From the IMG/VR virus record IMGVR_UViG_3300047400_000175: 21,453 bases of DNA, one strand, 5' to 3'. Numbering within the stretch: the stretch's first letter is position 1; every line of letters starts with the position of its first letter. Shown one piece after another: positions 10,796 through 18,526 of the stretch. A program made the translations under genes and the position numbers. The notes beneath the pieces were generated by a model. It was not told where the DNA came from and did not search any database. It saw only the letters and a program-made list of their open reading frames with translations. This DNA comes from an uncultured virus (IMG/VR IMGVR_UViG_3300047400_000175) (lineage: Duplodnaviria; Heunggongvirae; Uroviricota; Caudoviricetes).

Positions 10796-13700
10796 TGTAT
10801 TGTCCTAATCCACATAGTGAGCTCTATAAAGAGCTAATGATAATAAACAAAAACGATAAAGATCTAGTTTATTATGCTTATCATGAAATAGAAAAATTGC
10901 AAGAAATGGGACTTATATCTAATAAAAGATATAAGATGCCTGATGGAACAATGCGTTATACTATTAATAAAACAATTAATGAAAAATCATTAGCTGAGTC
11001 TTATAGAGGTGGTAGCGCTTTTACAATTGACTTAGCTAAAAAACAAAAATTAGATAATTATATTAAACAATTTAATATTAGTTTTTTAAATACGCAGATT
11101 AGTAAATCTGGTAAAGCAATATTTGTTAATATCACACCTGTTAAAAATCATGTTATTGAAGATATAAGAAGTGAGGACGAGCGTAAATTAGAAGAAGGAT
11201 ATAAACAAAATAAAAAAGAAGGTAACTGGGATATCAATTCTGAAGGAGATATTGTGCATTCTAATGATATGTATCAAGAAGATGAAAAAGTAAATTATGA
11301 TTTTAAAGTAGTTAAGATAATTAACGATAATATTAAAGAAATATTAAATTGGTTTAATAATAAATCTATAAATAAAGAATTATTTTGGAATAAGATTCAA
11401 CAATTAGGAATACCGAAAGAGCAATTAGAATTATTAAAAAACTCTGAAGGAAATACAATTTCTCAAAAACTAGTTTCTTTTTTAGCTAATTATAGTTATA
11501 CTGTTGAGATTAATACTGCTAAAAATGCTTCCGATAAAGCTAAAAAAGATAGTTGGAATAATGCTATTGAACAAGGTTTAAACCCCTGGGAAGAAGGTGT
11601 TGAAAATGATTTTCAAGGAAGTCCTACTCAATATTATTCTAATTTAACAGTACCAGGAGGAACTAACTACACAGAAAATGAAATAGCTACATCAGCTATT
11701 ATACCTTCTATAAAAGGACATGCTCAATTTGCTACAGATAATGGAATAGGTTGGTTTAGAAGTGATGAAAAAATTAATAGTACTCCAGATGTAATATTGC
11801 CTATAGGTACAAGTGGAAGTGGAAAATCTACTTTTATAAAATCTTTACCTCAAGATAATTTAGTAATTATTGAACCTGATTCTATGAGAGTAGAATTTAC
11901 AGGTAATATGAATGATAAATCTAAAGATAAAGAGATTTATGAAGAAGCCGCTAAAAGAGCTGTACAAACAATTAAAGATGGAAAACAAGTAGTATTTGAT
12001 ACAACTAATTTAACTAAGGATAAAAGACTACCTTTTATTGAAGCTATCAAAAAAGAAATTCCAAATGCTAATATTCAATACAAGTTAATGGAGTTAAATC
12101 CTGAACTTGCTAAACAAAGAATAAAAGCACAATTAGCAAGAGGTGAAAATAGAGCAAATGTTTCAGATGCTACAATAGATAGACACGCTGAATCATATAA
12201 ACAAATGCTTATAGATATTAAATCTGAACCTATTAGTGAATACAAAGAGCTAAATCAAACTTCTAAAACAAGACGTATTCTTGAAGTACAATCTGATTTA
12301 TTTCAGAAAGGTAGAGATAGTAAAGAGTTAGTTAATACTAATGGGATGATTAGAAGTTGGGACAACCCTGAATTTCTTAAAGCAATAAATGATAATCAAT
12401 TTCTACAACTTCTAAATAAAGACAATAACTGGGTAACATTCTTTGTTAAATCTATTATACAAGACTCTGCTAAGAAAGGATATGAGAAAGTATTATTTCC
12501 TAAAGGAGATACAGCTAGTAAAATTGAAGGTCATAGTACTTTAGAAGACTTTAAAAAACAAAAAGAAAATAGAATAAAAGAACTTGAAAAAACTCAATTA
12601 AAATATTTTGGAGAACAACTTACATCTGATTATGAACCTACAGGTAATATAACAAATTGGTATAGTACTGAACAAGAAGCAGAAGAAGCAGCTAAAAAAG
12701 AATATGAAAATTATCAAATAGGACAAACTGATGGTTTTGATAACTCTAAAGAAATAAATCAACTTAAACAAGAACTTGAAAGAGTAGAAAAAGAAGGATT
12801 TGGTGCTTTAAAACCTATTTATAAATTCTATGAAGAAACTATAGGTAATATTCTTAAAAAGAATTATAAAGATAATGTAAAAGAAATTACTGATGAATAT
12901 GGTAATAAGTGGTATCAATTAGATATTATTGATAAACATAAAGAAAATATATTATTTCAAAATAATAATACTTCTAAACAATTTAATATTCAATTAAATT
13001 CTAAAATTAAGAATTTCTTATCTAAAATAGGTGTAAATACAGTTAATGTAGAGCAGATATTAGATAAAAATGGTAATCCTATTTCTGCTATAGCAGTTGC
13101 TAAAATGTTAAATAAGATTATACAAGTAGTTGAAAATAAAGCAGACATAACAACACTTCCTGAAGAAACAGCCCACTTCTTTGTAGAACTATTAAAAGAT
13201 AACCAACTTCTTAATAAAATGTTAAAGGATATAGTTAATTATCCTGAATATAAAGAAGTAAGAGATTCTGAATTTTATCAAAAACAATATAAAGGAGATG
13301 AAACTTTAATTAGAAAAGAAGCGGTTGGTAAATTAATAGGAAGAATTATAGCTAAACAAGAAACATCAGAACAAGCTACTTCTTGGTGGGGAAGAGTATG
13401 GAATAAAATAAAGTCTATTTTTAATGGTAAATCTTCATTATTTGAAGAGATTGCTTCTGATATAAGGAAGGGTGATATATCTAAATTAGATAGCTCTAAA
13501 TCAATTTCTGGAAGTTTTTATCAAGATGAGCAATCTAAAAAATATGGAGATTATGAAGTAATTTCAGGAATGCCTTTTCAAGAATCTACTTTGGAAAAAA
13601 TGAAATCTGGTGAACAGCGAATAACCATTAGACCAAGAAATCATGTAAGTGGTAATTATAAGTTAGAAAATGGTGCAGAATTTAACATCATTAATTTAGG

Positions 13701-16419
13701 TAAAAAATCCATAGCAGATTTTAAAAATCCTGATTGGGTTAAAAAGAATTTTAAAGGTGATGATTATACAGAATCTGAAGAAAAATTTAAACACATTAAT
13801 CAATGGTTTGATGGTAAAAATGAAATGTATGTTTATCAAATAACTAAAATTGATAATAAAATCAAGAATGAGTATGTTAAAGAAAATCCTAATTTAGAAC
13901 AGACTGAAGAAAGTTTGAATAAACCAAAGGAAAAACAAAAATATCTTGGTAAATTTGAATTAATATATCAAAGACGTATTTCTAGATTAACCAAAGAATT
14001 AAATGAAAAAGGTATTTCTCAAGCTAGACATGATAAAATTAAAGCTGAGATAGATTATACATTAAAACAACTAGAATCCTTTAATACAGACCAATCAGAA
14101 GACAAATTAGAGTCTTCTGGGGAATTTGGTGAACACTTATTGAATTTAGCTAAGGAAAAATTAAATAATATATTAGAATCTAAACAAGAGCCTACAATGG
14201 ATATGATTAATTATTTTAATGAAATAATTGATACATATACAGAACATGATATATTAGCAAGTAAAGCCTTGTCTCTAAAAAGACAAGTGAGTAAACTTGC
14301 TGACAAGGCGTTGAACGAGAAATTACAATCAGAGACAGGACATTCATTAGCTGAAGCAGAGAAGCAAAATCAGGATATTCCATTTATGAGAAAATGGACA
14401 GGTTCTCTATTAGATTTAGATAATATATATGCTAATACTATAGGTAGAATAATTAGAAGTTCTCAAACTAAAATAGAAAGATTATCTAAAGCTTTACAAA
14501 GTGAAATAAATGGCAAATTAAAGGCGTTAGAAAGCACTTCTGAGAGAAAAGCTAGTGAGATATATAAAGAGTGTATTCATGTCTCTAAAGATGGGAAAAC
14601 AACATTACTTCCTAATCCAGCAGGATTATCTAAGGAGGCAGAGGAATTTTATTGGTTTTACAGACAAAAAATGAGAGAGTTAATAAAAATAATGCCCACT
14701 TTAACATATAGAAATAGTGAAGGGGTATTACAAGTATTTAATCTTACTGAATTTTTCATACCAAATGTTCCAAAAGACATTACTTTAAAAGACAAATTAA
14801 AGGAAAGTAAAAATCCGTTAAGAGTAACTGGGGTAATTAAAACTAGAAAACTAGGAAATTCTGTAAGGGATGAGGATGATAAAGCTGATATTATCCCATT
14901 GGAATATATTTTGTCACTTGATGAATCTGCTAAAACAGATGATTTGGGATATGCTTTATTTAAATTTGCAACTAGTGTATATAACCAGCATGAAATGTCT
15001 AGTATATTACCCACATTGAGAACTATTCAACGTAAAATTTATGATACTAATTATATACAAAAATCTAATCCTAAGAATACAAAATCAGGAAAGGATTCTG
15101 GTATTTATAAAATAGTTGATGGTTTTATTGATGCTCAAGTTAAAGGTAAGTATAAAAAAGAACAAGCAATGTACTCTTACAATCAATATGAAAAAGATGG
15201 AGATGTATTTGAGGATTATGTAGACATTAGGGGCACAATAGATAATATGTTAAGATGGAATAGCTTAAAAAGAATAGGTCTTTCTATCCCAGGAGCAATT
15301 GCCAACGTTGAATTTGGTCAGTTGTCTAACTTAATTGAAGCTATAGGAGGAGAACATTATAATAGGAAGCAACTAAGACAAGCTAAAAAGATATTTATTT
15401 CTCAAAATTTCAATAAAGACTCAATTCTTAATTCTGAATTACTATCTAAATATAATATTTTGCAAGAGTTAAATGATTATGAATTAGCAGAATCTGTTAA
15501 ATTCGGAAGTAGAAAAAGAATATCTAAAGAAAAATTAATGGAAATTATGTATGCCCCTCAGAAATGGGGTGAAAAATACATACAAAGTAGTTCATTATTA
15601 GCAATGATGTTACATGATGGATATATTGATTCTAATGGAGAATTAACTACTAAGTGGACTAATAGTACAGAGAAGCAAAAAGAAGACTTTATATTAAAGG
15701 TAACAGGCGTTAATAACAAATTACACGGACGTTATTCTCCAAAAGAGGCTGCTATTGCTCAACAAGATGTATTTTATAGGGCAATTAGTCAATTTAGAAA
15801 GTTTATTCCTGCTGCTTACGAGGCTAGATTTGATAAAAAACATTTTGATAGTAGATTAGGTCATGAAATTGAGGGCAGGTATTTAACATTTGGTAGAGAA
15901 GTATTAGGTAAGATTTTTACAGGTGAGGGATGGAATAATCTATTCCTACCATTAATATCAGCACAAAAAGCCTTAGCTAAAGATAATTTAACAGAGAATG
16001 AAATAGCTAATATTAGAAAAACAGCATTTGAATCACTGATCGTTATAGGTTGTGTAATATTAGGTATGATTGGTGGTGGTAGTTCTGATGAAGATAAAAA
16101 ACGTAGAAAATCAGCTTGGTACAAATCACTAATGCTTTCTTTGAATAGAGTTAGTGGGGACGTAGCATTCTTCTATAGTCCAGATCAATTAAATAACTTG
16201 GCTAAGAATGCTGTACCAATGACCCAACTAACAGGAGATATTATTAAACTTGGTAAGTATACAATGTCTCAATTTGGAGATGCTCCTGAATTTAAAGGAG
16301 GTAATGCCAAGGGTCAAAATAAATTAGTTAAAGGTTTATTAAATATTACTCCTGGTTCTAATATTATTCAAGATGCCACTAAGGTGTTAAATGATAATCC
16401 ACTAGATGAAATAAAATAA
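10795..16419 (+). CDS. Large crAss-like virion cargo/ejection protein (1874 aa), multidomain: PGGxNY...EVQSD domain with nested P-loop kinase, degenerate zincin, ASCH-like domain, C-terminal region with a hydrophobic helix
   Basis: Directly follows the RNAP gene with a TAATG overlap. N-terminal MYCPN. C-terminal LHGRY...QFRKFIP...RF...EGRYLTF...NIRK and hydrophobic SLIVIGCVILGMIGGG (~16033-16080) resemble the protein encoded after the RNAP in crAss-like phages (recalled, not searched). Confidence 0.8.
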   Translation: MYCPNPHSELYKELMIINKNDKDLVYYAYHEIEKLQEMGLISNKRYKMPDGTMRYTINKTINEKSLAESYRGGSAFTIDLAKKQKLDNYIKQFNISFLNTQISKSGKAIFVNITPVKNHVIEDIRSEDERKLEEGYKQNKKEGNWDINSEGDIVHSNDMYQEDEKVNYDFKVVKIINDNIKEILNWFNNKSINKELFWNKIQQLGIPKEQLELLKNSEGNTISQKLVSFLANYSYTVEINTAKNASDKAKKDSWNNAIEQGLNPWEEGVENDFQGSPTQYYSNLTVPGGTNYTENEIATSAIIPSIKGHAQFATDNGIGWFRSDEKINSTPDVILPIGTSGSGKSTFIKSLPQDNLVIIEPDSMRVEFTGNMNDKSKDKEIYEEAAKRAVQTIKDGKQVVFDTTNLTKDKRLPFIEAIKKEIPNANIQYKLMELNPELAKQRIKAQLARGENRANVSDATIDRHAESYKQMLIDIKSEPISEYKELNQTSKTRRILEVQSDLFQKGRDSKELVNTNGMIRSWDNPEFLKAINDNQFLQLLNKDNNWVTFFVKSIIQDSAKKGYEKVLFPKGDTASKIEGHSTLEDFKKQKENRIKELEKTQLKYFGEQLTSDYEPTGNITNWYSTEQEAEEAAKKEYENYQIGQTDGFDNSKEINQLKQELERVEKEGFGALKPIYKFYEETIGNILKKNYKDNVKEITDEYGNKWYQLDIIDKHKENILFQNNNTSKQFNIQLNSKIKNFLSKIGVNTVNVEQILDKNGNPISAIAVAKMLNKIIQVVENKADITTLPEETAHFFVELLKDNQLLNKMLKDIVNYPEYKEVRDSEFYQKQYKGDETLIRKEAVGKLIGRIIAKQETSEQATSWWGRVWNKIKSIFNGKSSLFEEIASDIRKGDISKLDSSKSISGSFYQDEQSKKYGDYEVISGMPFQESTLEKMKSGEQRITIRPRNHVSGNYKLENGAEFNIINLGKKSIADFKNPDWVKKNFKGDDYTESEEKFKHINQWFDGKNEMYVYQITKIDNKIKNEYVKENPNLEQTEESLNKPKEKQKYLGKFELIYQRRISRLTKELNEKGISQARHDKIKAEIDYTLKQLESFNTDQSEDKLESSGEFGEHLLNLAKEKLNNILESKQEPTMDMINYFNEIIDTYTEHDILASKALSLKRQVSKLADKALNEKLQSETGHSLAEAEKQNQDIPFMRKWTGSLLDLDNIYANTIGRIIRSSQTKIERLSKALQSEINGKLKALESTSERKASEIYKECIHVSKDGKTTLLPNPAGLSKEAEEFYWFYRQKMRELIKIMPTLTYRNSEGVLQVFNLTEFFIPNVPKDITLKDKLKESKNPLRVTGVIKTRKLGNSVRDEDDKADIIPLEYILSLDESAKTDDLGYALFKFATSVYNQHEMSSILPTLRTIQRKIYDTNYIQKSNPKNTKSGKDSGIYKIVDGFIDAQVKGKYKKEQAMYSYNQYEKDGDVFEDYVDIRGTIDNMLRWNSLKRIGLSIPGAIANVEFGQLSNLIEAIGGEHYNRKQLRQAKKIFISQNFNKDSILNSELLSKYNILQELNDYELAESVKFGSRKRISKEKLMEIMYAPQKWGEKYIQSSSLLAMMLHDGYIDSNGELTTKWTNSTEKQKEDFILKVTGVNNKLHGRYSPKEAAIAQQDVFYRAISQFRKFIPAAYEARFDKKHFDSRLGHEIEGRYLTFGREVLGKIFTGEGWNNLFLPLISAQKALAKDNLTENEIANIRKTAFESLIVIGCVILGMIGGGSSDEDKKRRKSAWYKSLMLSLNRVSGDVAFFYSPDQLNNLAKNAVPMTQLTGDIIKLGKYTMSQFGDAPEFKGGNAKGQNKLVKGLLNITPGSNIIQDATKVLNDNPLDEIK
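11785..12235 (+). other. AAA_33 / T4 polynucleotide-kinase-like P-loop kinase domain
   Basis: VILPIGTSGSGKST (Walker A 11806-11832), EPDSMR (DxxR), VVFDTTNL and the lid AKQR...R...RANVS appear in the order seen in PNK-type kinases. Confidence 0.85.
12990..13500 (+). other. Degenerate zincin-like domain (EExxH instead of HExxH)
   Basis: AIAVAKMLNKIIQV...TTLPEETAHFFV (13159-13176)...KEAVGKLIG...WWGRVWNKIK parallels the layout of the intact zincin in the upstream gene. Confidence 0.6.
13567..13855 (+). other. ASCH/PUA-like domain (putative RNA binding)
   Basis: MPFQESTLEKMKSGEQRITIRP resembles the ASCH N-terminal pattern F...I.SG.K..T.R, although the conserved Lys is replaced. Ends in a beta-strand-like MYVYQI. 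About 95 aa. Confidence 0.45.
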
Positions 16420-16430
16420 CAGGTAAAATT

Positions 16431-16471
16431 TAAAGAAGGCGAGGAATTAACCCTCGCCTTCTTTATTTATT
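16431..16471. terminator. Bidirectional intrinsic terminator between convergent transcription units
   Basis: Perfect 14-bp inverted repeat TAAAGAAGGCGAGG (16431-16444) / CCTCGCCTTCTTTA (16452-16465) with a 7-nt loop and T-rich exits on both strands. Lies between stops at 16419 (+) and 16467 (-). Confidence 0.9.
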
Positions 16472-17225
16472 TCCTACTTAAATACACTGCCTCACTAATA
16501 GTAAAATACCTATTACAGGATTTACAATTCATTTTCTTCTTTCTAATACCTAATGAAGTAATTAAATTACCATCAGATATTGTTCTATTACTTCCACATC
16601 CAGGACAAGAACATCTATTATTACCTTTAAGAACGCCTGCATGTACTTTAGGAGCTGTAAATACTTCTAATTTATTATAAATTTTTTCCAATAACAATAC
16701 ATCTCTTTTGCAATATTTAACCATTTTAGTCATTGCTGAGACATCATTGTTTTGTATAATTTTATGCCATAATTCTATACCTCCTGTATCTTTCTTACCT
16801 CCAAATCCAAAAAACTTACCTAAGTAATCAAGTCTATTAGAATTAAATTTAAATTTACTTCTACTTATTTTAAGTGTGTCTATAGACTGTATTATTGGTA
16901 TATTCTTAGCTCCATGAAATAATAATCTAGTTCTAAACCAAGGGATATCAAATTTATCAGAATTATGCCCACAAACTACATCAACATCTTTTAAGATACT
17001 TGCAAATTTCAAACATAAATCTTTATCATCTCCTTTTTTCCAAGTAAGATATTCTATTTTACTAGAATTATTATATTTATAACATAAACAAATTATTGCA
17101 GACTCTTTTAATACTTGATTATAATCTATTGAAAGCTTATAACCAGGTCTCCAAAACCAACCTTGGCAATAACTTGTCTCTATGTCAAAAAATAATATTT
17201 TAGGAGAATTTTTATTTTTCTTCAT
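16467..17225 (-). CDS. DEDD (RNase_H_2/DnaQ-like) 3'-5' exonuclease with C-terminal zinc ribbon
   Basis: ExoI FFDIET, ExoII GHNSDKFDIP, ExoIII YCKRDV. C-terminal CPGCGS...CKSC. Confidence 0.88.
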   Translation of the reverse strand: MKKNKNSPKILFFDIETSYCQGWFWRPGYKLSIDYNQVLKESAIICLCYKYNNSSKIEYLTWKKGDDKDLCLKFASILKDVDVVCGHNSDKFDIPWFRTRLLFHGAKNIPIIQSIDTLKISRSKFKFNSNRLDYLGKFFGFGGKKDTGGIELWHKIIQNNDVSAMTKMVKYCKRDVLLLEKIYNKLEVFTAPKVHAGVLKGNNRCSCPGCGSNRTISDGNLITSLGIRKKKMNCKSCNRYFTISEAVYLSRK

Positions 17226-17243
17226 ATTTTATATTATTTTATT

Positions 17244-17280
17244 TAAAAATAAAAAAATGGGCCGACTTTAGCCTAACCCA
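17244..17280 (-). terminator. Intrinsic terminator immediately upstream of the exonuclease gene
   Basis: Minus-strand RNA UGGGUU-A-GGC-UAAA-GUC-GGCCCA followed by UUUUUUUAUUUUU. The stem needs G-U pairs that form only on the minus strand. Confidence 0.7.
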
Positions 17281-17402
17281 ATTGTAATAGCACAGTTATT
17301 AAAGACCATCTACTACGGCTACCTAGAATTTCTTGCGCTCAGAATCTAGGGCACTCAGTTTCATATTCAGTATATAATATCTGATAGAGGATTTACTGGT
17401 CC
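17281..17402 (-). ncRNA. Candidate structured RNA (unassigned family)
   Basis: Largest non-coding gap in the window; about 40% GC (58 of 145 nt over 17258-17402, hand count) with AT-rich flanks. Nested stems GACCA/UGGUC, UCAG/CUGA and CCUAGA-UUCU/AGAA-UCUAGG. Confidence 0.4.
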
Positions 17403-17415
17403 AATATTTTGAATA

Positions 17416-17616
17416 TTAATTATTAATATTCTTTCTCCAAATAGCACGGTTTTTATTAAACACTGTAATAAAACCAGGCAAAGTTACTTTAGATTTATTA
17501 TTAACCTTTTTAAAGGCAAAATAAGCCACTACAGGAGCTTTCTTATAATATCCAGGCTTACTATTCAACCAACTTTTAGCACTGCGTGTGCTCATTTTAC
17601 TATTATTGTTATTCAT
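17416..17616 (-). CDS. Small basic hypothetical protein (66 aa)
   Basis: Start overlaps the end of the upstream gene, as elsewhere in the operon. No recognisable motif. Confidence 0.55.
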   Translation of the reverse strand: MNNNNSKMSTRSAKSWLNSKPGYYKKAPVVAYFAFKKVNNKSKVTLPGFITVFNKNRAIWRKNINN

Positions 17617-17941
17617 TCTTAATATTTAATTTACTTTTTTCTTCTTCAAAGATTATACCCCCACAATTAAACATAATTGCAGCAAGGTGATCTTCATTAT
17701 TTTCAAGACTACCACCTTCATATTTATTAATAAAATATTTAGTAATATGTCTCATCATACTAGCTTCATATGAACTAATAGGTATTCCTTTTTTAAAATT
17801 ACCTTGTCCATATTTGCTTTTTTTAGAAGTCATATATTCTGCCCATCTCTTGAGTGTCAACCAAGGTATAGTTTCTATATAATCTTCTTTTCCTTCTTGG
17901 GAATCTCTTATAGCTCCTGATTCAAATTCTTGAATATTCAT
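17609..17941 (-). CDS. DUF5664-like dATP/dGTP diphosphohydrolase domain protein
   Basis: FESGAIRD...GK..Y...IP...L...A......KYG..NFKKGIP......S..RH...EDHLAAIMFN matches the family pattern. Confidence 0.8.
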   Translation of the reverse strand: MNIQEFESGAIRDSQEGKEDYIETIPWLTLKRWAEYMTSKKSKYGQGNFKKGIPISSYEASMMRHITKYFINKYEGGSLENNEDHLAAIMFNCGGIIFEEEKSKLNIKNE

Positions 17942-18216
17942 ATAACACTTGTTAAATATTTAGCTATAAAATATCCCATACCTGTTCCACCCATAGCTCC
18001 TACAGAGTATATTATTCTATCTTTCCATCCTCCAAATACAACTTGTCTAACATTAAAAGTCCAAAACAAGCTTATTAAAAAGCCTGTAATTAACATTAGA
18101 TAAATATATCCTTTAGATATGAAAGTTACATTCATAGCAACCATTGAAACTTGTAATAAAGCTGTAAAAAACAGTTTTATTCTAGCTTCAATATTACCGC
18201 TATCTATTGTCTCCAC
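17938..18216 (-). CDS. Small integral membrane protein (about 3 TM helices)
   Basis: Three hydrophobic segments, the last with YSVGAMGGTGMG small-residue packing. ATGA overlap with the next gene. Confidence 0.75.
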   Translation of the reverse strand: METIDSGNIEARIKLFFTALLQVSMVAMNVTFISKGYIYLMLITGFLISLFWTFNVRQVVFGGWKDRIIYSVGAMGGTGMGYFIAKYLTSVI

Positions 18217-18526
18217 TACCTTGAATTACATTTCTACTCTTTCTATCCTCTAATTTAGCTATATTTGTTTTAGCTATAAATTCTAAAGGAATATCTAAAT
18301 CATTAGCTAAAACAGCAATATACCACAAAACATCTCCTATCTCACTAGCAATCAATAAATTAGAGTTATCATCAAATTCCCCATTGTAATCTCTGAGTAC
18401 TTTTTTAATCTTTCCTAATACTTCACCTGCTTCATTAGCAAGTCCTAATGCTGGATAAATTATTTTATATTCAGCTCCATAAATTGCTGTTGAAACAGCC
18501 TTTTCTTGATAATCATTAAACGTCAT
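18200..18526 (-). CDS. MazG-like nucleoside triphosphate pyrophosphohydrolase
   Basis: MTFNDYQ...LGLANEAGEV...KK...EIGDVLWY...NIAKL..R...GSGDNR. The likely start is the ATG at 18526 rather than 18565, which gives the family-typical N-terminus and a smaller overlap. Confidence 0.9.
   Translation of the reverse strand: MTFNDYQEKAVSTAIYGAEYKIIYPALGLANEAGEVLGKIKKVLRDYNGEFDDNSNLLIASEIGDVLWYIAVLANDLDIPLEFIAKTNIAKLEDRKSRNVIQGSGDNR

Noticed and set aside
10001..12265. Inteins or introns as the explanation for the nested insertions
   Set aside because: No C/S-start or HN-C/S/T splice motifs and no LAGLIDADG blocks; reading frames are uninterrupted.
12943..12963. ENILFQN resembling a TEV protease site
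   Set aside because: Imperfect match, and no such cysteine protease is encoded here. Kept only as part of the aromatic-Gln linker observation.
2482..16124. Six short minus-strand ORFs inside the giant genes (2482, 7630, 9559, 10510, 14658, 15861)
   Set aside because: Antisense shadows rich in Ser/Leu/Ile/Phe with no motifs, as expected opposite AT-rich coding DNA.
17281..17402. tRNA, c-di-GMP-I or TPP riboswitch assignment for the intergenic element
   Set aside because: No cloverleaf or T-loop. Only short fragments (AGGUAGCCG, CUGAG) resemble riboswitch consensus, and the other conserved elements are missing or out of order.
17355..17410. Hammerhead ribozyme on the + strand (UUC-AUAUU...AAUAU-CUGAUAGA-GGA...UCC)
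   Set aside because: Stem I and II mimics and a CUGA-like core are present, but the core has an extra base, the required GAAA after stem II is AAUA, and no stem III forms.
18200..18202. Stop-codon reassignment as seen in some crAss-like phages
   Set aside because: The giant ORFs are intact in code 11. TAG ends the MazG-like gene at its family-typical GSGDNR terminus, and TGA ends other genes at overlap junctions.
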